Shown piece after piece: positions 10,099-20,241 of a stretch of DNA of 64,000 nucleotides; within the stretch, counting starts at the first letter, position 1, and every line of letters begins with the position of its first letter. Origin of the DNA: an uncultured Gammaproteobacteria bacterium (GTDB taxonomy: Bacteria; Patescibacteriota; Patescibacteriia; VMEV01; CAYQCH01); the NCBI GenBank assembly GCA_964352335.1, contig CAYGRO010000002.1, positions 13,138-77,137 on the forward strand, in the 5' to 3' direction. The notes below the pieces were generated by a model. That model searched no databases, was not told the DNA's origin, and saw only the letters and a program-made list of their open reading frames with translations. The position numbers and the translations under genes are program-made.

Positions 10099-10599
10099 TT
10101 ATAAAGATTGTACCGATTCTGGTATTTCAGAGCGGTCAAAGTCTTCCAATTTGTCTATAAATAAAATACCATTTAAATGATCGATTTCATGTTGTAAAAC
10201 ACGTGCAAATAAGCCTTGAGCGTCATAGATTTGTTCATCACCATTTTCGTCAATGCATTTTACAGAGACAGATGAATAACGCTTAACTGAGCCATATTCT
10301 CCTGGAACACTTAAACAACCTTCTTCACCTATTTCTACGTCCTTTGAATGTTTAATAATTTCAGGGTTGATAAACGGAATAGCTCCATCTTTTGTCTCTA
10401 CAACAATAATGCGTTCATTCACTTCTACTTGAATAGCAGCAAGTCCAATTCCATTCTCTTTACGCATCGTCAAAATCATATCGGCAATAAGTTGCTGATA
10501 TTTTTCTTGTTTAACATCTTCCACCTCAACGGCAATTTGTCGCAAAAAGGGGTGGGGTTCTGCTAATACAGGTAATCGTTTTGGTTTATAACTACTCAT
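10099..10599 (-). CDS. def: peptide deformylase
   Basis: GIGLAAIQ, EGCLSVP, QHEIDHLNG. Confidence 0.98.
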   Translation of the reverse strand: MSSYKPKRLPVLAEPHPFLRQIAVEVEDVKQEKYQQLIADMILTMRKENGIGLAAIQVEVNERIIVVETKDGAIPFINPEIIKHSKDVEIGEEGCLSVPGEYGSVKRYSSVSVKCIDENGDEQIYDAQGLFARVLQHEIDHLNGILFIDKLEDFDRSEIPESVQSL

Positions 10600-12425
10600 A
10601 CAACTTGTTCAGGATTGATATCAATAATGGCTTTACTATAAAGAGAATTTAGCATTTTGTCAAGAGTGGGGTCATTCTTCGTTGTTTGCTTTATTTGCCA
10701 TGAATACGCATAAATTTTGTTTTTTCTATAGCGTGAAAATGGCCCTAGAATCGTATATGGGCAGTTTTTATTAAGCTCACGAGTAAATGCTTCAACGGAG
10801 CCGATATATCTGAGGTCGGGCGATTTTAGCGTTATTGTGATAATCCGTGAAAAGGGAGGGTATTGTAAAAGTTTTCTCGCTTTCAATTCTTCTTGTCTAA
10901 ATGCGAGTAGATCTCCTCTTATGGCAAGATCAAAAGAGCCATCATCATTTTTTAGTGTTGTTTGAATGGTCAATGGTAGATTAAAGTAATCTTGAGAAAT
11001 AGCTCTATGCCATTGAATTGCTTGAAAGAACCATTCATTCGAACGATAATCTGGTAAGAATAATAAATTTTCTGGATGTAGATAAATAATTTTTCCAACA
11101 GAATTTGGTTCAACTTTTCTAAATAGTCGTTTTAATAAGTATGGGGTAGTTAAAATGAATGAAGGTGAGTCTATAGTCACTTCATCAATGGTTTGAGCGG
11201 TAATTACTTGTACTTGTTCATAGGAGTTTTTGATCCAGTCAGAAAGACCCTCTAACCCAAGTCCGAATGCTTTTATTCTTTGTCCTTTACAAGAAGTACA
11301 ATGATTAGGCATAGGTTCTTGATGGGCACATGAAGAGCAAAATAAAGCATTATTTTTTACATGTAATGATCCATGTTGATTTGGGCAAATCCATTGTTGT
11401 TTACAATCTAAACAACGAATAGTGCTTGCCTCATACTTGGCATTATTAATAAGTATAAGATGCTTTTGTTCTGCATAGGTTTTTTTCATTTCTTCGATGA
11501 GGTTTTCATGTAAGGGCAAAGATGCAGATTTATGAACAATAGAATGAATAGGTGCAGGGGAAGAAGAGGTAAGATTCCACTGTGTAGAATTAGCAATTCT
11601 GGGTGATAGAGAAAATTGAATAAGAGGAATCTTTAGTGATTCACAAAATAATTTAGCCATATCGCGGATATCGTAATTTGGAGTTGCTTCCCAAGATTTA
11701 TGGTCATTACTTTCCGGGTGGTCAATAATAATTTGTTCTATTTGTTGTAAAGGTAAAAACAAACCAGAGCGTGAAGCAATTACAAGCGAGGCTTTCTCCT
11801 TAATTTCTTGCCATAATTGCCATTGATTCGTTTTATTCATTTGGTTGTCCCATAAAAACGAGGTTGAATCATCGCATTCAAGTAATTGAAAGAGCTCTTC
11901 TGCATCCGTTATTTGTGAGCAAAGAATAAGTGTCTTTTTCGCTTTAACAAGTGATCTAAGTGAATGCACTTTTTCAGATAAATTGTGGTAAACAATGGTT
12001 TGAGTCTCATTGTTTTGATTTTCTACTTTTGTTTCAGGAATGAGTTGAGGCAAAAGAAGCTTGTTTCTTGTCTTTTGATTAAAGGCTCTTTTCGTTTTCG
12101 GTATTTCTGGTGTAAAGGACTTTGTTAATGTCGGTACTGAACAATGGTAAAGAGAACTAAATTTTTCTAATACCTCTAAATGACTAGTATTCCAACTAGG
12201 TTGGGTTTCTTTTATCGAGGTAATAAATGCAATTTTTTCAAGAGGGAAATTCAGTGGTGGTTTTTTTGAAGTCGATACAATAATTCCAAAAACAGCTTTT
12301 TTTCGAAAAGGAATTTCTACAAATTGTCCTATAAAAATAGACCCTTCTAGATCAGAAGGGATTTTATAAGTAAATGACGTCGCGCCATAAGGCATGCGAA
12401 CTAATGGGATGATATTTGCAAACAT
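10596..12425 (-). CDS. priA: primosomal protein N'-like, helicase motifs degenerate
   Basis: N-terminal FTY..GQFVEIPF 3'-binding domain; RSGLFLP; Cys-rich Zn region; LFLPDYRSNE; YPPF; priA-def-fmt synteny. Confidence 0.8.
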   Translation of the reverse strand: MFANIIPLVRMPYGATSFTYKIPSDLEGSIFIGQFVEIPFRKKAVFGIIVSTSKKPPLNFPLEKIAFITSIKETQPSWNTSHLEVLEKFSSLYHCSVPTLTKSFTPEIPKTKRAFNQKTRNKLLLPQLIPETKVENQNNETQTIVYHNLSEKVHSLRSLVKAKKTLILCSQITDAEELFQLLECDDSTSFLWDNQMNKTNQWQLWQEIKEKASLVIASRSGLFLPLQQIEQIIIDHPESNDHKSWEATPNYDIRDMAKLFCESLKIPLIQFSLSPRIANSTQWNLTSSSPAPIHSIVHKSASLPLHENLIEEMKKTYAEQKHLILINNAKYEASTIRCLDCKQQWICPNQHGSLHVKNNALFCSSCAHQEPMPNHCTSCKGQRIKAFGLGLEGLSDWIKNSYEQVQVITAQTIDEVTIDSPSFILTTPYLLKRLFRKVEPNSVGKIIYLHPENLLFLPDYRSNEWFFQAIQWHRAISQDYFNLPLTIQTTLKNDDGSFDLAIRGDLLAFRQEELKARKLLQYPPFSRIITITLKSPDLRYIGSVEAFTRELNKNCPYTILGPFSRYRKNKIYAYSWQIKQTTKNDPTLDKMLNSLYSKAIIDINPEQVV

Positions 12426-12426
12426 A

Positions 12427-13191
12427 TTAGAGTAGTTCTGCTGCATAAAAACAGGTACGTTCATCTTTTTCGAAGGAGAGCTCAATTACCTTTGGTTTGT
12501 TTTCAAATAAACCTGATGCTATATCTAAAACATGTGTAATAGATGCGTGAAGCATTTCTTTTGAGTCAGACTCTGGGTTGAAATCGAAGTGACCAGAATT
12601 GATTTGTTCTCGAAGATCTGAATTTTTGATTTGAGCTGATTTAATGAGTTGAGAAGTCTTTGTTTGAAAAAGTGAACCTAGAAAAATAATTGCAAATTCT
12701 TCCTCAGAATGAGAAAGCGAAGCGAGAAGGTGTTTGCCTAAGTGGTTTCGTTGCTCTTTTGATGATAAATGAAAATTATTAAGAGCTAGGTATTCAATTT
12801 TTTCAGCAGGATGTCTAAACGTTTCTAATAAATGAATTGCCACTGCATGCCCATAATCAATATCACTTGAATCGATGAGTTCAATAGGATTTAATGGATG
12901 TGGGGCTGTTTGAATAAGGTTATAGCCTTCCCACCAAATTGGTACAGTACTTTTTGTGATCAAATCACCAAAGTCTGCAAATGACAGTTCATACATTGGA
13001 TGAGTATAGATAGAGAAGGAACTTCTTTCATACTTGGGGCTGTCAGAAATTGTGAGGACTTTTGTTATTCCTTTTTTTCGTAATTCATCACGGACTTTTT
13101 GAAAGATTTTTTTTGTTTCAAGAAATTGATTTTTCTCAAACGCATGAAGCAAAAGAGGGGAGTTTGGTAATACAACAATGTATGGATTCAT
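12427..13191 (-). CDS. degenerate Memo/LigB-like (AmmeMemoRadiSam B-like) protein
   Basis: Pattern PNSPLLL..KT, ISDSP, FADFGD, IDYG resembles the family, but the usual His residues are absent. Confidence 0.5.
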   Translation of the reverse strand: MNPYIVVLPNSPLLLHAFEKNQFLETKKIFQKVRDELRKKGITKVLTISDSPKYERSSFSIYTHPMYELSFADFGDLITKSTVPIWWEGYNLIQTAPHPLNPIELIDSSDIDYGHAVAIHLLETFRHPAEKIEYLALNNFHLSSKEQRNHLGKHLLASLSHSEEEFAIIFLGSLFQTKTSQLIKSAQIKNSDLREQINSGHFDFNPESDSKEMLHASITHVLDIASGLFENKPKVIELSFEKDERTCFYAAELL

Positions 13192-13193
13192 AA

Positions 13194-14603
13194 TTATTCA
13201 GCAATATCAGTAGCAGCTAAGGTTTGTGGAAGTACAGATAGTACTTCTCCGTTTACGTGTAGTGCAAGAAGTCCTTCTGAAACGGTTTGGATCATTGTCC
13301 ATTTGTATCCTAAAGCATTAAAAGTTTCTTCCGAGTCAATTTCATGTTTCATTCCATTTGCGATGACATAAACGGAAGGAGAATTAGCAGATTTAACAAG
13401 TAGTCCGTCTTTTAGCTTAACTGGGGCTCCTTTTACATATCGTTCTAATTCTTCAACGGTCCCTTTACGCGCGATAAGTGAGGGATAGTTCAAAGATAAT
13501 AGCTCAGGAGCGATTAGTGGGTACTTAACTCCGTCTTGTACAAAAAAGATTCCGAAACTATTTGGGTCTTGTACAAGTGCACCAATCGGCTCAAGAGAAG
13601 CAACCGTAATTGGGGTTCCTTCTTCAAAAAAAGCTAATGCAGATTCTGCGACATCTTCAATTTCATCTTCAAAAAAACCTAATTGCATAAATGTTGCTTG
13701 GTCTGTAATCAATCGCAATTGATTATTAATCAACAAATATTTTTCTCCAGAAGCAACTCGTAAAAGACTAGATTCAGGATAGGCAATATATGGTCCTTCA
13801 GAATAAGCTTCTAAAACAGCAGGGGGAACTTGAATAATTTGATTCAACGAGTAACGTGAGGTTAAAGAAGAGATATTATGAAATGCATGTTTTTTCCCAT
13901 CTTTAATAAGCCATACACCTGGGGATCCAAATGCTTGTAATAATGTCCCAGATGGATAAGTTAAAGAAGTAGCAAACCACTTTTGCCAAATTTTATAAAA
14001 TAAAAGATTTCCGTGAATATGAGGGGTGTAATTGTATAGGGCAGCTGTTGCAGAGTTTTGAATAAGTACATCTTGCCCGTCTATAGAGTAGGTTTCTCCA
14101 TAGGTAAAATGAAAATCTTGGAGATTTACTGGAACATATTGCAAAAATTCAGCAGCGCTATCTACTTGTTTAGCAAACCCTTTGAATTTTTGAACAAATG
14201 GATGGTCTACATCACAGTCATCACAAACAGCATAACCAGTTGCCCAATGAAATTGAGTATCTTTTGGGGTATTGTCTGTAATAAGACTTTGTTCTTTTTG
14301 TAATAAAACAATTAAAGCTTTTGGGTTAATAGACCTTCTTTGAGCTGCATCATGAATAATCATGGCTGCTGTTTTCATTAAGCCGTCGATATCTGGCTCT
14401 ACATGATCTTTCAATAGCCCTGGTTGTTCATTTAAAAAGGCTTGAATGGCTTCAACGGACATCGTTCCCGTGGCGAATAAATCTGCATCAGAGATAATAA
14501 AGCCTGGGTCAAACTCTTGTGGGATGGTGTCATGATCCGCAAGCGCAGGGGTAGAGACAAAAAGAAGGCAAATAGCCAAAAAGATTGATGATATTTTTTT
14601 CAT
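13194..14603 (-). CDS. secreted putative lysozyme-like cell-wall hydrolase with C-terminal repeats
   Basis: Signal peptide; FDPGFIISD..INPKALIVLLQKEQSL..ATAALYNYTPH domain; four ~60-aa repeats (YPSGTLLQ, YPESSLLR, EPIGALVQ, LKDGLLVK). Confidence 0.65.
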   Translation of the reverse strand: MKKISSIFLAICLLFVSTPALADHDTIPQEFDPGFIISDADLFATGTMSVEAIQAFLNEQPGLLKDHVEPDIDGLMKTAAMIIHDAAQRRSINPKALIVLLQKEQSLITDNTPKDTQFHWATGYAVCDDCDVDHPFVQKFKGFAKQVDSAAEFLQYVPVNLQDFHFTYGETYSIDGQDVLIQNSATAALYNYTPHIHGNLLFYKIWQKWFATSLTYPSGTLLQAFGSPGVWLIKDGKKHAFHNISSLTSRYSLNQIIQVPPAVLEAYSEGPYIAYPESSLLRVASGEKYLLINNQLRLITDQATFMQLGFFEDEIEDVAESALAFFEEGTPITVASLEPIGALVQDPNSFGIFFVQDGVKYPLIAPELLSLNYPSLIARKGTVEELERYVKGAPVKLKDGLLVKSANSPSVYVIANGMKHEIDSEETFNALGYKWTMIQTVSEGLLALHVNGEVLSVLPQTLAATDIAE

Positions 14604-14646
14604 AGTCAAAAAATTATAGCATAAAAGACCGATTGAAATCAAAGTC

Positions 14647-14675
14647 AAAAGACTGAGGATATGCCCCAGTCTTTT
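14647..14675. terminator. intrinsic terminator downstream of clpB
   Basis: aaaagactg-N11-cagtctttt inverted repeat. Confidence 0.65.
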
Positions 14676-14679
14676 CAGT

Positions 14680-17325
14680 CTATTTTACAACTTCTACTGC
14701 AAATTTCGTTCGTTTAAAATCTACATTTACATCAATTTTATCGGTTGATTCTCCTCTTTCTAGTAATGCCATGGCCAGCGGGTCTAATATTTCATGCTGA
14801 ATTGTTCGTTTCAGCGGTCTAGCTCCATAAACTGGGTCGAATCCAGTTTTTGCTAATTGATCCTTGGCTTTAGTTGAAACAGTAATATTAATTGACTTGT
14901 TTTTGAGCCTATTTACCATTTGATCGACTTGAACATCAACAATTTGTCGCAAATTCTTATGATTTAAATGGTGGAAGATAATAATATCATCAAGCCTATT
15001 TAAGAACTCAGGTTTGAAATGTCCTTTAATAGATTCTAAGACTCGGTCTTTCATTTCCAAGTAGTTTGCATCTTCTTCTTTCGTTTTTTGTGCACTTGTG
15101 CCATCTCCGCCAAATCCAATATTGAATTTATTGACAACTTCTGAACCTACATTCGAAGTTAAGATGATAATCGTATTTTTGAAGTTAACAACACGCCCTT
15201 TTGAGTCAGTTAATCGACCATTGTCGAGAACTTGCAATAAAATATTAAATGCTTCTGGATGAGCTTTTTCAATTTCATCGAATAAAACAACAGAGTAGGG
15301 GCGACGTCGAACTTTTTCTGTTAATTGTCCACCGTCTTCATAACCTACATAACCTGGAGGTGATCCGATAAGTCGCGACACGGCATGTCTTTCCATGTAT
15401 TCGGACATATCAATTCGGATGAGAGCTTTTTCATCATTGAACATGAATTCAGCCAATGATTTTGCTAATTCTGTTTTTCCAACCCCTGTCGGTCCAACAA
15501 ACATGAAACTTCCAATTGGTCGGTTGTCGTCTGCGATTCCCACACGAGACCGTCTTAATGCATTTGAGATAGCCGTGATTGCTTCCTTTTGACCAATAAC
15601 TCGTTTCGCTAATTCGTCTTCTGCATTCTTTAATTTATCCATATCAGATTGCAACATTTTTCGAACAGGAATCCCTGTCCATTTTGAAACAACCGCGGCA
15701 ATATCTTCTTCTGTAACCTCTTCTTTTAATACTCGGTGTTCTTTTTGGGTTTTGATCAATTTTTGTTGTAGCTCTTCCATGCGTTTTTCTAATTCTGGAA
15801 TTCGTCCATAACGAATTTCAGCTACTTTTTGCAAGTCAGCTCCACGTTCTGAAATTTCAGCTTCTTGTTTTAATTGGTCGATGTCTTTTTTCGTTTGTCG
15901 GATTTCAGTAATAATTTCTTTCTCACTTTTCCATTGAATTTCTAATTCATTACTCAACTCTTTAAGCTCAGAAATTTCTTTTTCTAATTCACTTAATCGT
16001 TCTTTTGATGCTTTATCATCTTCATTTTTCAAAGCAGCTCGCTCAATTTCGAACTTCATTAATTGACGTTTATACTTATCTAATTCATCAGGCATAGAAT
16101 CAATTTCCATTCGTAGGGCAGAGGTGGCTTCATCAATCAAATCAATTGCTTTATCTGGTAAAAATCGGTCAGTAATATATCGATCAGAAAGCTCTCCGGC
16201 CGCAACAATGGCAGGGTCGGTAATACGAACACCATGGTGAACTTCATATTTTTCTTTAATTCCACGTAAAATAGCGATCGTATCTTCTACTGTCGGTTCA
16301 CCAACAAAAACAGGTTGAAATCTTCGTTCCAAGGCTGCATCTTTTTCAATATACTTTTGGTATTCTTTTAACGTTGTAGCACCAATAGCATAGAGCTCAC
16401 CACGAGCGAGTGCTGGTTTTAACATATTAGAAGCGTCCATAGATCCTTCCATGGCACCAGCTCCAATAAGTGTATGTAATTCGTCGATGAAAAGAATAAT
16501 TTTTCCGTCTGAGTTTTTTACTTCTTTTAAAACAGCTTTTAATCGGTCTTCAAATTCACCTCGAAATTTTGTTCCAGCAACTAATGCACCTAGGTCGAGT
16601 GAAATAAGTTCACGATTCTTCAATGATTCAGGGACATCACCAGCAACAATTCGTTGTGAAAGACCTTCTGCAATGGCTGTTTTACCCGTTCCAGGTTCTC
16701 CAATCAAAACGGGATTATTTTTTGTTCGACGAGTAATAACTTGCATAATTCTTCGGATCTCTGTGTCCCTACCAATGATAGGATCCATCTTTTCTTCTCT
16801 CGCTAATTGAGTAAAGTTGATCCCATATTTTTCTAAAGCTTGGTATTTTGATTCCGGTTCAGGATCAGTAATTCGATGGCTTCCTCGTACTTCGACAAGA
16901 ATGCTTAAGACTGCATCATAATTAACACCTAATTCAGTTAGTATAGGTAAAACAGGGGAACGCTCAATAACCATTCCGAGTAATAAATGTTCCGTACTAA
17001 TATAGTCATCACCAAGTTTTTCTGCTTCTTTTTCAGATTGAAGTAATATTTTATTCAAATTTTGACTGAGCACAATTTGGTTTACATTGATCTCTTTTTC
17101 TGTAAGAGGGAATTTTGAAATCGTATTTCGTAGTAATGCCTTTAAGACATCTTCATCTACTCCTAGTTTTCTTAAAATCGATCCGACGACACCATCTTCT
17201 TGCTCAACCAAAATTAAGAGTAAATGCTCAGCTTGCATTTCATGGTGTTTAGATTCATAAACAAAACGATGTGTTCGTTGTAATGCTTCTTGTGATTTTG
17301 TTGTAAATTTATTGATTGGAATCAT
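14680..17325 (-). CDS. clpB: ATP-dependent chaperone ClpB
   Basis: Two AAA+ modules ([16 protein letters not shown]), middle coiled coil, Clp N domain, YGARPLKR. Confidence 0.98.
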   Translation of the reverse strand: MIPINKFTTKSQEALQRTHRFVYESKHHEMQAEHLLLILVEQEDGVVGSILRKLGVDEDVLKALLRNTISKFPLTEKEINVNQIVLSQNLNKILLQSEKEAEKLGDDYISTEHLLLGMVIERSPVLPILTELGVNYDAVLSILVEVRGSHRITDPEPESKYQALEKYGINFTQLAREEKMDPIIGRDTEIRRIMQVITRRTKNNPVLIGEPGTGKTAIAEGLSQRIVAGDVPESLKNRELISLDLGALVAGTKFRGEFEDRLKAVLKEVKNSDGKIILFIDELHTLIGAGAMEGSMDASNMLKPALARGELYAIGATTLKEYQKYIEKDAALERRFQPVFVGEPTVEDTIAILRGIKEKYEVHHGVRITDPAIVAAGELSDRYITDRFLPDKAIDLIDEATSALRMEIDSMPDELDKYKRQLMKFEIERAALKNEDDKASKERLSELEKEISELKELSNELEIQWKSEKEIITEIRQTKKDIDQLKQEAEISERGADLQKVAEIRYGRIPELEKRMEELQQKLIKTQKEHRVLKEEVTEEDIAAVVSKWTGIPVRKMLQSDMDKLKNAEDELAKRVIGQKEAITAISNALRRSRVGIADDNRPIGSFMFVGPTGVGKTELAKSLAEFMFNDEKALIRIDMSEYMERHAVSRLIGSPPGYVGYEDGGQLTEKVRRRPYSVVLFDEIEKAHPEAFNILLQVLDNGRLTDSKGRVVNFKNTIIILTSNVGSEVVNKFNIGFGGDGTSAQKTKEEDANYLEMKDRVLESIKGHFKPEFLNRLDDIIIFHHLNHKNLRQIVDVQVDQMVNRLKNKSINITVSTKAKDQLAKTGFDPVYGARPLKRTIQHEILDPLAMALLERGESTDKIDVNVDFKRTKFAVEVVK

Positions 17326-17376
17326 TTTTATGTACATGGGGCATGCTCATGATAGAGACGTATCCCAATGGAATTA

Positions 17377-17403
17377 TTAGCAGTCAGGCTTTGTGAGTGC
17401 TAA
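17377..17403. promoter_or_regulatory. CIRCE element (HrcA operator)
   Basis: TTAGCAGTC-N9-GAGTGCTAA, one mismatch from the consensus TTAGCACTC-N9-GAGTGCTAA; upstream of clpB. Confidence 0.92.
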
Positions 17404-17407
17404 TACA

Positions 17408-17436
17408 AATGTACCCCAAAAAACCTTTCAAGTCAA
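17408..17436 (-). promoter_or_regulatory. sigma70 promoter of clpB
   Basis: Minus strand TTGACT-17bp-TACATT immediately upstream of the CIRCE. Confidence 0.75.
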
Positions 17437-17495
17437 TAGTGCACAGGTCTGATATTCCCATTTTTGCTCGAGAGTTCTATACTATATCTACGTTT

Positions 17496-18680
17496 ATGAA
17501 TAATAGCCAAACTCATATCTTGGGTTCCAAAATAGATTTGCTAAATTCTGATCAAATTGATCAGCTTTTTTTGCAATGGGAAAAATCATCTAAATTGCAT
17601 CATGTCGTCACTTTGAACCCTGAAATTTGTCTGTATGGAGAAGATAAAGAGGATTATCGAAGACATGTCCTCAATCAAGCAGATTTAACAACAAGAGATG
17701 GTTTTGGGATTCGGTTTGGTGCATGGCTATTAGGAACAAAATCTCCAGAAAGAGTGACTGGTGGTACTTTAACAAAAAAGATTATCCAACTTGCATTAAA
17801 GTCAAATAAATCAATTTATTTGCTTGGAGGAGGAAGAGGAGTGGCCAAAAAAACAGCGAAAAAACTTAAATTACATTATCCCAATCTTCAAATCGCGGGT
17901 GCAGAAGAAGGAATGTCAAAACAAGATTATTCACTAACAAACCCTCAATTAGTAAATAGAATCAATCAGTCAGGAGCATCATTTTTATTAGTTGCATTCG
18001 GAGCCCCAAAACAAGAAAAATGGATAAATGCCAATAAAGACAAATTGACAGGTATTCGAATTGCAATTGGGGTTGGAGGTGTTTTTGATTATTTAGCTGG
18101 AGTAGTAGCTAGTCCACCTAAATTTTTAAGATCATTAGGGTTAGAATGGCTTTTTCGCTTAATTACACAAAGAAATAGAGTTAAAAGAGTTTTTAAGGCT
18201 GTTATTCTCTTCCCATTTCTTTGTTTAAAATGGAGATTAAGAATCACTTTGTCCTATAGAAGAAATGTCGTTGGCGTTATTCTCAATGAAAAAAGCGAAA
18301 TTCTTCTCGTTTCTCCCTGGTGGAGTGAAACAACAAAATGGCAATTTCCACAGGGCGGGGTAGATAAAGGTGAAACAGATCAAAATGCGATTCTGCGCGA
18401 AATGCATGAAGAATTAGGGACAGATAAATTAGAAATTGTTCACTATTGGCAAAACTCTTATGAATATGATTGGCCAAAGTGGTATCAATTACTACGAGGA
18501 TACAAAGGACAAAAGCAAAGTATGTTCCAGCTCAAGTTTATTGGTGAGAATACAGATATTGATATCGAAAATGAAGGGGAATTAAGCAAATGGATGTGGT
18601 CAACAAGGTCAGATGTTATCAATAATTTGGCTCCTTCACGAAAATCTATTGGAAAAATTGCACTGAATTTACTCGATTGA
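17496..18680 (+). CDS. WecB/TagA/CpsF glycosyltransferase fused to an RppH-like Nudix hydrolase
   Basis: TLNPE, AFGAPKQEKWI, GVGGVFD, GLEWLFRL; then WQFPQGG, Nudix box GGVDKGETDQNAILREMHEELG, GQKQ. Confidence 0.9.
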   Translation: MNNSQTHILGSKIDLLNSDQIDQLFLQWEKSSKLHHVVTLNPEICLYGEDKEDYRRHVLNQADLTTRDGFGIRFGAWLLGTKSPERVTGGTLTKKIIQLALKSNKSIYLLGGGRGVAKKTAKKLKLHYPNLQIAGAEEGMSKQDYSLTNPQLVNRINQSGASFLLVAFGAPKQEKWINANKDKLTGIRIAIGVGGVFDYLAGVVASPPKFLRSLGLEWLFRLITQRNRVKRVFKAVILFPFLCLKWRLRITLSYRRNVVGVILNEKSEILLVSPWWSETTKWQFPQGGVDKGETDQNAILREMHEELGTDKLEIVHYWQNSYEYDWPKWYQLLRGYKGQKQSMFQLKFIGENTDIDIENEGELSKWMWSTRSDVINNLAPSRKSIGKIALNLLD

Positions 18681-18705
18681 CGATTGACAAAAGATAACGT
18701 AATCT
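18677..18705 (+). promoter_or_regulatory. sigma70 promoter of gltX
   Basis: TTGACG-17bp-TAATCT. Confidence 0.55.
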
Positions 18706-18729
18706 ACTGAAACTATAAAAATGATCATT

Positions 18730-20241
18730 ATGAAACAAGTTCGAACAAGATTCGCACCAAGTCCAACCGGGTTTTTACATATTGGTGGGTTAAGAACCGC
18801 ACTTTTTTGTTATGCCTGGGCAAAGAAAAACAATGGAACATTCATTCTCCGAATTGAAGATACAGACCAAAATCGATTGGTAGAAGGAGCAATTAAACAA
18901 ATGTTTGATTCACTTGCTTGGGCTGGCATTACTCCAGATGAAGGAATAACAGGTGCAGATAATGGGAATATTACTCAATCTGGACAATTAGGACCATACA
19001 TTCAAAGTGAAAGAATAGACTTGTATATAAAATATGCTCAAGAGCTTTTGGATGCCAAAAAAGCTTATAAATGTTGGTGTACTCCTGAACGATTAGATGA
19101 AATGAGAGTTGCTCAAAGGGCCGCAAAACAAATGCCGAAATATGATCGACTTTGTTATCATTTATCTGAAGAGGAAAAACAAGAAAAGGAAGCAAGTAAC
19201 CAACCATCTGTTATTCGTTTTTTTGTACCAGAAGTGAAAGAAGTTGGGTGGGATGATCGTGTTTTTGGGAAAATGAAATTTGACGGTGATCAAATTGACG
19301 ACCTTGTTTTACTCAAAGCTGATGGTTTTCCAACCTATAATTTTGCCAATGTGATTGATGATCACTTAATGGAAATTTCTCATGTCATTCGTGGTCAAGA
19401 ATTTTTATCGAGTACACCAAAACATATTCTTCTCTATGAAGCCTTTGGTTGGGACATTCCAGAAATGGTTCATGTAGCTTGGATTTTAGGAAAGAATAAA
19501 CAAAAGCTGAGTAAACGAGATGATGCGGTCTCAGTTGATGATTATAAAAATATGGGAGTATTACCAGATGCATTAAATAATTATCTCGCATTATTAGGTT
19601 GGAACCCTGGAACAGATAGAGAGCTCTATTCATTAGAAGACTTAGTAAAAGAATTTGATATTAAGCAAGCACAAAAATCTGGTGCCGTTTGGGATCTAGA
19701 AAAGCTCCTTTGGTTTAATGGCCAATATATTCGAGAATTAGATGAGGATACGTATTTTGAGCACGCTGTGCCTGTATTAATTGCATCTAAAATGATTAAA
19801 ATGGATGGTACAGATTATCAAAATCTACTAGGTACTGGAATTATTACAGCAAACGATCTTAAAGCAATTTTACTAACAGAAAAAGCACGCATTAAGCGTT
19901 TTGAAGAGCTTACAGACAAAGTAAAATTCTTTTTTGTTGATGAGGTGAACTTTCAAAAAGAAGATCTTGTTTGGAAAAAAGGAAAGCTGGAAGATGTAAA
20001 ACCTATTCTTGAAGAAGTTCTCGCTAGGCTTAGTGTCATTAATGCATGGTCAAATGAAGCCATTCAAGATGCACTAAAAACGTATGTAGATGAAACTGAT
20101 TGGGGAGTAGGAGATGTTTTTTGGCCAACTCGTGTAGCTTTATCTGGGCAAGCACAAAGTCCAGGACCAAATGAAATTGGAGCCGCATTAGGAAAAGAGA
20201 AAACCTTAGAAAGGCTAGCAAAAACAATCGAAAAATTATGA
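18730..20241 (+). CDS. gltX: glutamate--tRNA ligase
   Basis: RTRFAPSPTGFLHIGG, KLSKRD. Confidence 0.98.
   Translation: MKQVRTRFAPSPTGFLHIGGLRTALFCYAWAKKNNGTFILRIEDTDQNRLVEGAIKQMFDSLAWAGITPDEGITGADNGNITQSGQLGPYIQSERIDLYIKYAQELLDAKKAYKCWCTPERLDEMRVAQRAAKQMPKYDRLCYHLSEEEKQEKEASNQPSVIRFFVPEVKEVGWDDRVFGKMKFDGDQIDDLVLLKADGFPTYNFANVIDDHLMEISHVIRGQEFLSSTPKHILLYEAFGWDIPEMVHVAWILGKNKQKLSKRDDAVSVDDYKNMGVLPDALNNYLALLGWNPGTDRELYSLEDLVKEFDIKQAQKSGAVWDLEKLLWFNGQYIRELDEDTYFEHAVPVLIASKMIKMDGTDYQNLLGTGIITANDLKAILLTEKARIKRFEELTDKVKFFFVDEVNFQKEDLVWKKGKLEDVKPILEEVLARLSVINAWSNEAIQDALKTYVDETDWGVGDVFWPTRVALSGQAQSPGPNEIGAALGKEKTLERLAKTIEKL

Noticed and set aside
17333-17372. Possible RNA thermometer in the clpB leader
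   Set aside because: The imperfect stem has A-C mismatches on the mRNA strand and pairs better on the non-coding strand.
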